DNA of 64,000 bases, taken from Selaginella moellendorffii. Taxonomy: Eukaryota > Plantae > Lycopodiophyta. This document shows positions 1 through 12,619 of the stretch, piece after piece (the stretch's first letter is position 1; each line of letters starts with the position of its first letter). Both the position numbers and the translations under genes were made by a program. The notes beneath the pieces were generated by a model. The model ran no database searches and was not told where the DNA came from. It worked only from the letters and a program-made list of their open reading frames with translations. Where the stretch lies: contig NW_003314276.1 of the NCBI RefSeq assembly GCF_000143415.4, positions 1,336,531-1,400,530 of the forward strand, read 5' to 3'.

Positions 1-31
1 ATTCAAAGTCGTTAGTAATGCTTTCCAGTTT

Positions 32-667
32 TTGCGCCTCTTAATTGATGTGCACTTGTTTTTGTATAAGCTTATGAGTGAGCTTCCATCCTCCTATAAT
101 GGCAACATTTTCTTTGAGCTACCACCACTTGTTAGCAGTATAGGTTCCAAATGGAAGGGGATGGAAACCAAGCAGGATGTCCACAATTGGTGCAAAATCA
201 AGACCATATACTTCCAACATTTTGAAAGCATAGTGTCTATAGTTTATTGTGGCGAGCATTTAAATTGTGTGGATGAAGCATGCAATCAAAACCATTGTAG
301 AAATTTTATATTTTTTGAAGGGTCTACAGTCAATCCTCCAGCCTGTGACACCATTTCTGTTGAATTCAAGTATCCATTCTGCAAAAATGCTCCTCTATGT
401 TATGCTATTTACGAGGCCAAGATGTATTATTTTCTTCCATGGGATGGAGTGGCTGGAAGAGCTACAGTGTATGTTGGCACACATGCATCTAATGCAAGAA
501 GGGTTACAAAGGAGTTCTCTCAACCGTTTCAAAAATGTTGTGTAGGAAGAGACTATAAGAAACTCATTTACAACTCCAAAGCATGTTCAAAAGACTGTCT
601 TCAAGGATTTTATCGCAAACACCTTACTCAATCCAAGTTGCCAAAAGACTCAACTAAAAAAGACTAG
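32..667 (+). pseudogene. Degenerate Cys/His-rich ORF, probably a WRKY/GCM1-superfamily Zn-binding domain of transposon origin
   Basis: ORF starts at TTG. Pattern W-C-K-I-K-T ... C-G-E-H-L-N-C-x4-C ... F-C-K-N-A-P-L-C ... V-G-T-H resembles GCM-like Zn fingers, with several expected ligands substituted. Lies in TE-rich sequence. Confidence 0.35.
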
Positions 668-1849
668 CTTGCGGGACTTATTACGAGGAGTACAACTTGC
701 TACTAGCCTAAGGAGGTACATTCGTTATATTTCATACATTATAATATATCTTTTTATTACATTTTATTGTTTAGGATAAAATCTTGGATATGTGAATCTT
801 GAGAGGGTGGTTTATGTGTGGTTTAGTTATGCTATGCAATGGGATAGTTATTGCATGTCCTATCCCTTAAACCCTGCAAAGAAAGATTGTGAGAGTTAAA
901 ATTATCAACACTAGAACCCACAGATATTAGTGTGTATTTCCCTCTTTTTGAATGAAAGTATGAATGAAGATCCATAAATTCTAGACAGTATGCTATGACA
1001 AACCCCTTAAGAATGTATTCTAGAAAAGAACCAAGTCTTTCTTTTATATATAATAAGCTTACATCAACAGTTAGTATTTTTTTCCTTTCAAACGGTTATA
1101 TAGCTTTATATAGAATCTTATTTCAAAATTAATAATTTTTTAATTCTGACAAACTTGACATTTACTAGCCAGAAAGCACAAAGTACAGATTTAAGGAAGT
1201 GACAAGAATACTTTTTTTACAAACATCTTATTTTATATTCTGAAAAATATCCCTATTATGGCATGTAGTAAATATTTAAATTGTTAGAACAAGAAGTATT
1301 GTTTAGAATATTTTTATCTATATAATATGTAGAGAGTTATGAAATTATTAAATTTGCCATAACCTTAATATTTTAAAGTTTTTAATGTTTGTATTAAATT
1401 TCAATTGAAACTTTAGTTCAACTCTTCAACTCATGAGCTTAAGTATAGTCCATGCTCAATTCCTCAAGTAGTTCCTAAGTACAAACCAAAGCCCCCACTG
1501 GTCTTCAAGGGAGTGAATGACTATAAAGTGGTAGAGGATTAATTTTACAATATGGAGGATTACTTTTGAGCATTTGTCTCTCTATTATTTCCTCTTATGT
1601 TTTTATTTTATTCTTTTATTCCCTTTTCCGATCCCTTCGACAGTCTTTGTGTTGCAACAATTGACCGACTCATGAAGGAGTATGCCAATCTCTTTGAATT
1701 TGACTTGTTTTTTGGGGCTAAGATTGCAACACATCATTCTATTCCAACTAGGGATGTGAACTTTATTTTGTGACAAAGTCTGATAGGAGTATTCGTTTCT
1801 GCATCAACTATTATTCATTAAATGAAGTGACAATTTTGGATGTGTACCC

Positions 1850-2620
1850 TTTTCCTCACATTATTAATTTTGTAAATCATTTGGGGAGAAGTCATTTATT
1901 CACCAAGTTAGATCTTGCTTCTAAGTACTAGCAAGTGCCGATGGCTAAAGAAGATATTCTCAAAACTACTTTTTGTACACTATTTAGTTTGTAAGAGTTT
2001 TTGGTGATGCCATTTAGTTTGAACAATACTTCAATGACTTTCCAATGGATGATAAACAAAGTTCTTTGTTCCATGATTGAATGATGTATAGTGCTTTTTA
2101 GGCAAGGTGCAATATCTTGACTATTTTGTTGATTATCTTTCTAATCATATTACACCATTACAAGCATTGTTGAAGTTGTCAACATCATCTTCATTAGGTT
2201 TATGGATTGTGAGTGAATGTTTATATATCTCAAAGAGTTGTTAACAACTCCTCTAGTTTTGGCATATCCTGACTATACTTGACTTTTCATTTTATGCATG
2301 GATACTTTTGATATCAGTCTTGGAGGTGTGTTGATGCAAGAGAGCCCAAATATGCCTATTCAGTACCATCCTATTACATACATTAGCCTTACAACTAATG
2401 AAAGTGAATTACTCTACAATAAAGAAGAAGTGTTTAGCAATAGTTTAGGGTTTCAAAAAACTTTATGGTTTTTGGATATTATTATAAGGTAATCATGCTA
2501 CAGTTACTTCTTTATTAAAGCAAAAGAACTTGGTTGGTCATATTGTTCGATGAGCTTTGAAGTTTCAAATATGAAAGTTTAATATTGTTCATCGCCTAGG
2601 GAGTGATGTTGACGCCCTTT
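1850..2620 (+). mobile_element. Decayed Ty3/Gypsy reverse transcriptase/RNase H fragment
   Basis: Translates with stops to FTKLDLAS..QVPMAKEDI.KTTF..EFLVMPFSL.N..TFQ and LTTPLVLAYPDY...D....LGGVLMQ, typical Gypsy RT and RNase H motifs. Confidence 0.8.
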
Positions 2621-4199
2621 TTTAAACTCCTTTTCCTTCTTTACTCTCTTCTCATATTTTTTATGAACTTGTTATTTTAGTATTTGTGGACTTTTTAGAT
2701 GAGGATACTATGGATCAGTACTATTGCACTAAGCCTTTTTTTTCTTTGAAAAGCTACTTAAACTGTCTAGTTTGGCATACATTGCCAATAAACTCAAGTT
2801 CAAATTGTTTAGCCAACAATTTTTTGAGAAAAATCCAAAAGAAGAAGGAATGGAGTTTGTTTAATATAGAAAATATAATTACTTACTCTAGAATTCTTTC
2901 ATTTTGAGCAAGTTCTCTCTTGGGCTTTTAAGGGATACATTTTTCAATAGTGTATCACAATTTTTCTAAACATACATAAATAGGAAAATTGGGCACTTGT
3001 AACTTTTGTCTTCAACTCCAACTTAAAAAGAGCTAAAGCCAGCTTTAGTGAAGAACAAATTAAGGAATTATTCACCCAAATCTTATGAGGCTTTGACAGA
3101 TGCAAAATCATAATTAGAACATTATGCTATCTCAAAGCTTTAATCCAAGGTACTTTAGCTTGGACAACTACTTAAACATGGTTTGAGAGTAGATTTATCC
3201 CGAATTTAAGTCTCCCACATATATTGCAAGAGTCTATGAGACTTGAACAAGATTCATAAGTAAAAAATTTAGAAGTGCTTATCATGAACCACTCTAACTG
3301 TTTGAACCATTCTACACTTAAGGCTCATCTCTTATACATAAAAAGCTTACTCAAATATTTGAGACTCAAAAATTTGTCATACAAGCTTTGTATTGACCAT
3401 TAATGCCTATTGGCAAGAGGCTAGAGAAAAATTTACCTTGAAGAGTAGTTTTTGTCTAGATTTGAAGCAAAGTCTTTCACAAATTAGCTATCATATGCTT
3501 AAAAAGCTACCTAATATAATTCCACAAGTAAATTAATCAGAATAGGCTATCGTGCACTAGACAATTTAACCCTTATGTTGATTCTATAAAGCAATTTCAC
3601 GGAATGATCTCTATGCCTCGTTCAAATTAATCCCTAGTGTTGATCTATTTAAAAAAGGTTTGCCTAAAATTTGCCAAGAGTAATAGGCCACTCTTTCTAA
3701 TTTCACAGTTGTAAAGACAAAGTTAATTGTAAGCCAGAGGGTAAGACCCACTGTGAAGCAAACAAACTATTCTAGAATTGACTCTCACGTGCTACAGACC
3801 TTTCACTAAATTAATCATAAACACAAACAAAAAGGGAAGGTCCTTTTGCGCACCTAGATGGAGAGATTGAGGATTGTCAGAAGATATATTTTACTTATGG
3901 ACCCAGACAGAAGTTGGTTAATCCCAACTAGGCAAAAGTATAAGAAAACAAAAATTAAACTATCTTGTGTGCCTAATTAAGCCAACGAATGATAAATTTA
4001 ACGAAATTTCTTAAATAACTCAATAAATTGAGATATTTGACAATATTCTGCTCAAGGTATACAAAAGTTTGACTCTTGGTACCTTTACTATTGTTAAAGA
4101 AGGTGTGATAATACACCTAGATTGCTTTGTAGGTACATAGTGTAAACGAAATCTATACTAGTTGCAAAAAAAAACATTTTCTGTCAAATTTTAATGAGC

Positions 4200-5245
4200 A
4201 CAATGGTAATTACAAGAATAGCAATAAACACCGCTATCATATATCCATCCTTTTTTGAAATTAAAGGAAAGGACCCACAATTGTATATTGAGCAATACAT
4301 ATAAGCAATTAAACTCAATCAAACAAATGGGCAAACAAAATTTTTTTTCCACTATACGTTAAAAAACAAAGCCAAAAATTGGTACTATGACAATGATGTT
4401 AAAAGTCTTGGCATATTTAATGAGCAAATAAAATTTTTCTTTAAAGCGTTCTCCATGGAAACAAACCCAGGAGAAAACTATAATGAGTTGCAAAAGCTTC
4501 ATCAAGGAAATTCTAAGACAATCTAGGAATATACAATTCAATTCAATAAGTGTTATAAACATTCTAAAGACTTAATATTATGCCTATATATACAGGGCCT
4601 TAAAAACATTTATCGTGAATATGTGATAAAGAGAGTTTATATAGATTTTGATGACTTGAAAAAAGCCATGATTGCCTACCAAGATTTCATAAAACAATAT
4701 GACATAGTAGATATAGTAAAATCAGACGAAAAAATGACTCCTATAAACAAAGAAACTAATCATCTAAAAAAGCCTTAAATTGCAAATTAATCTCAAATAA
4801 GGGATTTGGTGCACAAGATGCAAAAATGAAAATCATAACAAGAGAGAATGCAAACTCCAATTGATCAAGTGCCAAATTTATGAAAAAGAATGGATTCAGC
4901 TAAGGAATGTAGAATCTTGTTTAAACAACTAAGAAGCTAAACTGAGTTGATAAAACAACACATAAGCAAAGCTATCCACCTAACAATAGAAATTATTGTA
5001 GGAGGAACAATTACAATGATAAAATTGAAGTGCCAAACATGAATACCCATGTGCTGAAAGGCAAGAGCACCATCGGGATTATCCGTCTAAGGGTAATTTT
5101 TGAGATTATCCACCTAGTCATGAGGAAAATAAGCCTAAAGATTATAATTGGCATAGAGAATACAATCAATCTAGAGGTTACAATAGGCCTAGATATTATG
5201 AAAAGCTAAAAGAGTATGATCAAGCTAAGACTCCTACTTGGTATT
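4200..5245 (+). mobile_element. Old Ty3/Gypsy element, gag part (interrupted at 5245 by a younger LTR element)
   Basis: CCHC zinc knuckle WCTRCKNENHNKREC at ~4807-4851 plus two decayed knuckles. The sequence resumes after 12619 with protease and RT. Left boundary approximate. Confidence 0.7.
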
Positions 5246-5479
5246 TGTGAGACACAAAATCCCTAGGCCCCAAAGTGGAGCCGAAAGGGTGCCACGTGGT
5301 AGTGGCCGAAGCAAAAGCCAAACAAGCATAACACGTTTGGACTAAAAGGCTCCGACTTGAAAGGTCGAGAGCGGGAATGGAACTCCCAATGGAGTGCTCA
5401 AGGAACGAGCATGAAGCGAGCAATAAGCGAGGCTCAAAAAAGGGACCCAAAAAGACCAACACATCACACGTGGAAGTGT

Positions 5480-5878
5480 CCGAGATGGAGTCCAAGATGG
5501 ACCCGAGTTGGAGTCCGAGATGGAGTCCAAGGTGGACCTGACATGGAGTCCGAGATGGACACGAGTTGGAGTCTGAGGTGGAGTCCGAGATGGAGTCCGA
5601 GATGGACCGAGATGGAGTCCGAGAAGGACCCGAGATGGAGTCCGAGATGGACCGAGATGGAGTCCGAGATGGAGTCTAAGATGGACTCGAGATGGAATCT
5701 GAGATGGAGTCCGAGATGGACCCGAGATGGAGTCCGAGGTCAAGACCGAGACCAGGACTGAGACCGAGACCGGGACCGAGACCGAGACCGGGACAGAGAC
5801 CGAGGCCGAGGCCAAGACCGAGCCTGAGCCCGAGTCCGAGTCCGAGTCCGAGTCTAAGTCCGAGTTTGAGTCTGAGAG
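5480..5878. repeat. Tandem array inside LTR1 (12/11-nt CCGAGATGGAGT/CCGAGATGGAC units, then 6-nt CCGAGA/CCGAGT units)
   Basis: Directly visible; produces the low-complexity ORFs in all six frames. Confidence 0.95.
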
Positions 5879-8800
5879 GGTGAAAGCCCAAAGCGTTCGT
5901 CTCCCAGACCCTGGGGGGTTTGGTGAGCTCCAAAAGTATAGTAAGGGGTAGGGTTGCAGTGGAGCTAGTTTGGCCAGGAAAGGCTAGTTTGGCCCAAGAA
6001 AGGCCAGACCCAGTGTTGGGTGATGAACTGACCACTGGGAAGTCCAAGACTAGAGTGAATACAGACCGACAAGCGTGGTAGCTTGGTGAAGTGTTCAAGA
6101 GCCAGCTCTAGTTCCCCCGGGAGATCGACTAGCCGATGCTCCCAGTCCAAGTGTGGGTGGCACTACCTACTTGGATACCTGGTGTGGCTCAACGGAACCT
6201 CACTCTAAGCCCATAGCTAGAGCACCTAAAGGCAGAAGGTGGGGAGAGTACCCACGGGGCTTGCGTAGGGCCACGGTGTTCCGAAATGTTGTCCCAAAGT
6301 CCCAAATGGGGGAAAGGAGGAGGAATAGTCCTCTAGTGTAGTGACTACGGATATGGTCACATAGTGAGGAAGTCCCAGAGGACAATGGGACTTAGTGGCC
6401 GGGTCTGCGGGCCTTGATCTAGTGGCAGTGTTGGTGAACATGGCCATGGACGGAAGAGGGACTTGGCAAGAACTGACAAAGGGATGTTGGGGAAGGCTAT
6501 TCCCATGTCTGTGGGCATCCTAAGGATGCTAAGGAGTGGATCTGGGATGACCATTTGTGGACGGATGCCCCAGTCTTGGAGAGACGAGATTGTGATGCAA
6601 GTGGTATTGGACCACCAGTGCAATAAAGGTGAATGGGCATGGCTTTAGTGTAACGGGCCGATATGTCAATGGTACCTTTGGGTGTCGGTCTTGGGACTGG
6701 ACACATGGAGCACTTGGACCAAGTGCAAGGGATGAGTGGCATGGATGCCATTCTCGGGACTAGCAGGTCCCAAGTCCTGAATTGGACTTAAGGAGGTTGT
6801 GAATGAGACTCCTCCAAGTGGGCAGAGGTGTGGTTAAGTGACTAAAGTAGAATGGAAAATTTAGTCGCTTACAACTTTATATCCGAGCTATTCCTTAGTC
6901 TGACTTTTATTGGTGGCCAAATATATCACCACTTGTATTGGAATTGGAAAGTCCTAAATATGGACCTATCCTTGAGGAGTAGCATGTCGAGAGGACATGG
7001 CTCTCCACTCAAGTTCATGTGTGAACTTGTGCACAATGTGGTGGATGGAAAAGGGCCAGTAAGGGGACGACTTTGGGATCTTGGGAATAGTATAAGGGTT
7101 TCCTTAGAGAGCTAAGGATGTGATCCAGATGAGTGTTTGATGCAGCAAACGGGTTAATGTAGTTGTGGTAAACAACTATAGTTGGGATCATGGGAAAGAT
7201 GCAGACTCCAAAAAAATAAAGGAGTCACAAGATTACCCTTATATAGTTGAGGCTGGTATTCATAAATTTCAGATCGGAATTGGTGACCATGGGAGGTCAA
7301 ATACAGAAGAGGACACAAGTCCTCGAAATGGTAGCCGAGGCTACCTCTAATAAATGCTGGAACAACCCAAGGAGTTGGGGGTGTACTTAGAGGATGAGTT
7401 GGTATACTCATCACATGAACAAGTGGTTCTAAGCGGCAAAAGGTTGCCCCAAGAGAACAAATCAAATGTTGGAGTAACACTTGCAAAAATGGTCCTTGTG
7501 AGTAGGATCTGAATACAAGAAGTTGTATTCTAGTGAGCTAGCATCTCAAAGGTAGGACCTCACGGGTCGTCGGATGATAAAGTCCAAAAAGCTGGATAAC
7601 TCAAATACGAGTCAAGGAATAATCCTAAGGGATTGGTTGAAGCATTTGGACTGAGGTGTATGGTGCCCCCTGAGGTATGGGAAGGATCATAAGATCCAAG
7701 TATGAGAATATTAAGTATCTCATTGATGGCAGAATGTGCCATACTAAAGTTGTGGGAAAGATGTTCTTAGAAGAAAGCAACTTTGGCCTAGAGTTGGGTG
7801 CAAACACTATGGTGCAGTGCTAACGGATAGTTAGTATGAGAAGCAACCATATTGGTCTTAGCAAAGACCTAGACATTAATAAGTAGTGTCATAAAGATAG
7901 GCTCGTAGGCTAATAGTGTGAAGACACCAAATGTGCCAAGGTGTGATACCTTGAGGTTATGTTGGTGGGTTCATAAGAACCCCTTGCCAAAGGGAATCCC
8001 AACGGAAATGGGAATGGCATAGCCTAAGCTGGAAGGCATGTGGTAGAGTGTGGTGACTAAAACAATGATGGAGGTGTGGAAGCACCAGCAATGAGTTATA
8101 GGACTTGACAACTATGAGGCAACTAAGCAAAAGGTGCAAGATAATTTGTGAAACTGGAAGAAGGTAACTACCTAAGACATCTTAATGGTATAAAGAAGTT
8201 AGATATACCCTTATGCAGAATAAATTACTTATGTTGTGATATAGTAAGTCAATGTCGTAAAAGGGAATGCTCATTATCTAAGAGGCCATCATTTGGGACA
8301 CCCAAACACTCTAGAACACCAGAATGTGGTGTTTGATGTTGCCAGGGCAATGGATAAGGCCCAAGGGACTAAGTCCCTAGCAAATGATGGATAGAAGGTG
8401 CTATCCAAATGTCCAAGGTGGCGGAGATGGGAGAAGACTGTCTACCCAAATTGGACAAAGCCAAAAATGGAATTTAGGCAAGGCTAGTGATGGGCATATA
8501 AGGGCCCATAAGCAATAATGTTAATCCCGGTGTGTGGGATTATAAGGTGAGTATATCTGGATTGAGGAACCACTCCCTAGGTTGTCGAGTAGGTTCATCC
8601 CCAAGAATACTTGCTAAGGCATGGTAGAAAGTGCAAAGCTATCCTAGGCGAATAACCGAAGGAAAGGTGTGAAGCCAAAAGCAAGTAGTAAGGGGATAAA
8701 ACCAAACCATAGGAATCGAAGAGCATAATCAAAGGTGTTTATGCTAGTTGGGAGTGGAGGATCAAGTGGGTGCTCGAGTATGTTGTTACTAGCAACCATG

Positions 8801-9142
8801 ATGCCATGGAGAGTCTAAAATATGGAATTATCCATGTTAGACTATATGGCAACTAAAAAGCTTGCGAAAAGGGAGGCCTTAACAAGCTAAGGGACAAAGT
8901 TCCTTCGAAGTTCCTAAAGATGATGCTAGGTAATTTAGTACCTAGAAAGGCCAAGTGTAAATGGTTCCTAGAGCACACAAAATTAGAGTGGCGCAGCAGA
9001 AGCGTGGTTTTGAAGCTGGTCATGAAGCAAGGCTATTAAAGTTGGGGAAGTAGTTCTCGAGTGTTCAAAGAGAGGGCTTTGAACGAAAGTCGATGGTTAA
9101 GGACTTTCATGCTTATGCATGAACCATGTTACAATGGCCGGA

Positions 9143-9816
9143 TGTAGCGCACCTTATATCTCTCCCCTTAAGCCAACTGGAAAAGGGGCAATTGCTTGAT
9201 GAGAGAGCCCTTAGTGGCTATTTTATCCCCATCTATCTCCTAAGGTTCCAAGGATCCACGGTGACAATATATCCAAATCTCATCCCATGATCACATGCGC
9301 TACACTCACCCCCCCTTCAGAGATGTCAATGTCCTCATTGACTATTGACTAACAACCCCTACTGAGCCAAGGGGAACCAACACCTCCATTTCCGCACTCA
9401 ATCTACCAATCCTTCCATTGTGTAGACCAGCTATTTCATATGAGGCAACTAGTCATCCACCCGTACCGCAGTCCCACGGTGGATACCTTCGTCCGTGGAT
9501 ACTCCACACAAGAGGAAGGACGTACGCATGGATGCCCAATACGTACGATTTCAAATTTAGAGGTAGGAATATACCTTGCTCAAGGGTATATTATACTTTT
9601 AAGTAGCCACTAATCAATGGGAATCGAACCCGTGCCATTTGCTCTGATACCAACTATAGCGCACCTTATCTCTCTCCCCTTAAGCCAACTGGAAAAGGGG
9701 CAATTGCTTGATGAGAGAGCCCTTAGTGGCTATTTTATCCCCATCTATCTCCTAAGGTTCCAAGGATCCACGGTGACAATATATCCAAATCTCATCCCAT
9801 GATCACATGCGCTACA
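9143..9816 (-). mobile_element. TRIM (terminal-repeat retrotransposon in miniature) nested in the LARD-like element
   Basis: Near-identical 162-bp LTRs at 9143-9304 and 9655-9816. Perfect 5-bp TSD CCGGA (9138-9142, 9817-9821). Minus-strand PBS TGGTATCAGAGC (tRNAi-Met) next to the 9655 LTR and PPT GAAGGGGGGGTGAG next to the 9304 end. Confidence 0.95.
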
Positions 9817-10809
9817 CCGGATGACTTACTAAGTGAGATTGGCAAGTGTGGATAATGGAGCAACAATTAATGGATAAAAGCAAAAGACTAGTGGCCAAGT
9901 GTGGGCTATGGAGTTCATTGGAAGGAATCCAAATGGCAAAGTTAGGCATGGAACATTAATGTGTTGGATGCTAACGGATTGTGAGAAAGGAAGTGTGCTT
10001 CCAAGGATGGATTCCCAAATGCTCCAAGTTGGCAAAGGTGAAAGCTCCAAAGGAGGGAGCAGCGAAGTAGCCAAAAGATAAGGCCATGGATAGCTCTAGC
10101 ACAACTTACGATGGCTGGAACTTGGTGCCAAAAGCAACATAAAATAGAAAGGAGGACGATGGCACCCTCAAATGGGGAGCTTCCTAGGATGGGAACTGAA
10201 GTTGCACAATATGTTCAATGAAAGGTGTCAAAGACACCAAAGAAATTGACTTCGAGAAGTCAAAATTAAAAGTTCCAAGGTGAATTGGTTATGTCAATAG
10301 AAGTTGGGATTACTCGAGAATGAGTAGTGGGGTTAAGCTAGAGGACGGGTCTCTAATGGGTTTGGAGAGAACCACCTGAGGTGGTCAAATGAGTCTCTAT
10401 GTTAGAGACACTATGCTCCTTAGAGGTTGGACAAGGCATGGCAAGCCTTCGGTGTCAAACCATTGACAAATATTGGCTAAGTGTCAAGGATGGTGAAGGT
10501 AATACATGCTAGTGTTACTTTATAAAACGGTTTATCGTTCGATGAGGACATGGAACTTCGTCTATGGGTGGTGGAGTTGTGAGACACAAAATCCCTAGGC
10601 CCCAAAGTGGAGCCGAAAGGGTGCCACGTGGTAGTGGCCGAAGCAAAAGCCAAACGAGCGTAACACGTTTTGACTAAAAGGCTCCGACTTGAAAGGTCGA
10701 GAGCGGGAGTGGAACTCCCAACGGAGTGCTCAAGGAATGAGCATGAAGCGAGCAATAAGCGAAGCTCCAAAAAGGGACCCAAAAGGACCAACACATCATA
10801 CGTGGAAGT

Positions 10810-11645
10810 GTCCGAGATGGAGTCCAAAATGGACCCGAGTTGGAGTCCGAGATGGAGTTTCGAGGTGGACCCGACATGGAGTCCGAGATGGAGTCCGAGA
10901 TGGACCCGAGTTGGAGTCCGAGATGGAGTCCGAGGTGGACCCGAGATGGAGTCTGAGATGGACCCGAGTTGGAGTTCGAGGTGGAGTCCGAGATGAAGTC
11001 CGAGATGGAGTCCAAGGTGGACCCGAGATGGAGTCTGAGATGGACCCGAGTTGGAGTCCAAGGTGGAGTTCGAGATGGAGTCCGAGATGGACTGACATGG
11101 AGTCTGAGATGGAGTCTGAGAAGGACCCGAGATGGAGTCCAAGATGGACCCTAGATGGAGTCCGAGATGGACCGAGATGGAGTCCGAGAAGGACCCGAGA
11201 TGGAGTCTAAAATGGACCCGAGATGGAGTCCGAGATGGAGTCCGAGATGGACTCGAGATGGATTCTGAGATGGACTTGAGATGGAGTTCGAGATGGAGTC
11301 CGAGATGGAGTCCGAGATGGACCGAGACGGAGTCCGAGATGGAGTCTGAGATGGACCCGAGATGGAATCCGAGATGGAGTCCGAGATGGACCTGAGATGG
11401 AGTCCGAGGTCAAGACCGAGACCAGGACTGAGACCGAGACCGGGACCAAGACCGAGACCGGGATTGAGACCGAGACTAAGACCGAGACCAGGACAGAGAC
11501 CGAGCCCGAGCCTGAGCCCGAGACCGAGGCCGAGCCCGAGTCTGAGTTCGAGTTCGAGTCCGAGTCCGAGTCCGAGTCCGAGTCCGAGTCTGAGTCTGAG
11601 TCTGAGTTGGAGTCTGAGTCCGAGTTTGAGTTTGAGTCTGAGAGG
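10810..11645. repeat. Expanded tandem array inside LTR2 (same units as 5480-5878, about twice as long)
   Basis: Directly visible. Confidence 0.95.
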
Positions 11646-12619
11646 GTGAAAGCCCAAAGCGTTCATCTCCCAGACCCTAGGGGGTTTGGTGAGCTCCAAA
11701 AGTATAGTAAGGGGGAGGACTGCAGTGAAGCCAGTTTGGCCAGGAAAGGCCAGACCCAGTGTTGGGTGATGAACTGACCATTGGGAAGTCCAAGACTAGA
11801 GTGAATACGAACCGACAAGCGTGGTAGCTTGGTGAAGTGTTCAAGAGCCGGCTCTAGTTCCCCCAGGAAATCGACTGGCTGATGCTCCCAGTCCAAGTGT
11901 GGGTGGCACTACCTACTTGGATACTTGGTGTGGCTCAACGGAACCTCACTCTAAGCCCATAGCTAGAGCACCTAAAGGCAGAAGGTGGGGAGAGTACCCA
12001 TGGGGCTCGTGTAGGGCCACGGTGTTCCGAAATGTTGTCCCAAAGTCCCAAATGGGGGAAAGGAGGAGGAGCAGTCCTCTAGTGTAGTGACTACGGATAC
12101 GGTCACATAGTGAGGAAGTCCTAGAGGACAATGGGACTTAATGGCCTGGCCTGCGGGCCTTGATCTAGTGGCAGTGTTGGTGAACATGGCCATAGACGGA
12201 AGAGGGACTTGGCAAGAACTGACAAAGGGATGTTGGGGAAGGCTATTCCCATGTCTATGGGCATCCTAAGGATGCTAAGGAGTGGATCTGGGATGACCAC
12301 TCGTGGACAAATGGCCCAGTCTTGGAGAGACGAGATTGTGATGCAAGTGGTATTAAACCACCAGTGTGACAAAGGTGAATGGGCATGGCCTTAGCATAAC
12401 GGGCCGATATGTCAATGGTACCTTTGGGTGTCAGTCTTGGGACTGGACACGTGGAGCACTTGGACCAAGTGCAAGGGATGAGTGGCATGGATGCCATTCT
12501 CGGGACTAGCAGGTCTTAAGTCCTGAATTGGACTTAAGGAGGTTGTGAATGAGACTCCTCCAAGTGGGCAGAGGTGTGGTTAAGTGACTAAAGTAGAATG
12601 GAAAATTTGGTTGCTTATA

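Larger units (their letters stand above)
5246..12619 (+). mobile_element. Full-length LTR retrotransposon with no recognisable intact ORF (LARD-like)
   Basis: LTR1 5246-6873 (TGTGAG...TTACA) and LTR2 10578-12619 (TGTGAG...TTATA). Near-TSD GTATT (5241-5245) / GTATC (12620-12624). Degenerate PBS after LTR1, purine tract GGGTGGTGGAG before LTR2. No long ORF in the internal region. Confidence 0.9.

Noticed and set aside
5342-6098. Low-complexity ORFs (RWSP, MESE, LGLHLG, SDSIS repeats), also at 10477-11777, 57012-57252 and 59897-60342
   Set aside because: Translations of the LTR tandem array in all six frames; stop-poor repeats, not genes.
9615-9652. tRNA gene around GGTTCGATTCCC
   Set aside because: I could not build a cloverleaf; the motif sits beside the PBS of a TRIM.
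10810-11645. Repeat array superficially like a CRISPR or repeat-spacer locus
   Set aside because: No unique spacers, 6-12-nt units, eukaryotic context, located inside LTRs.
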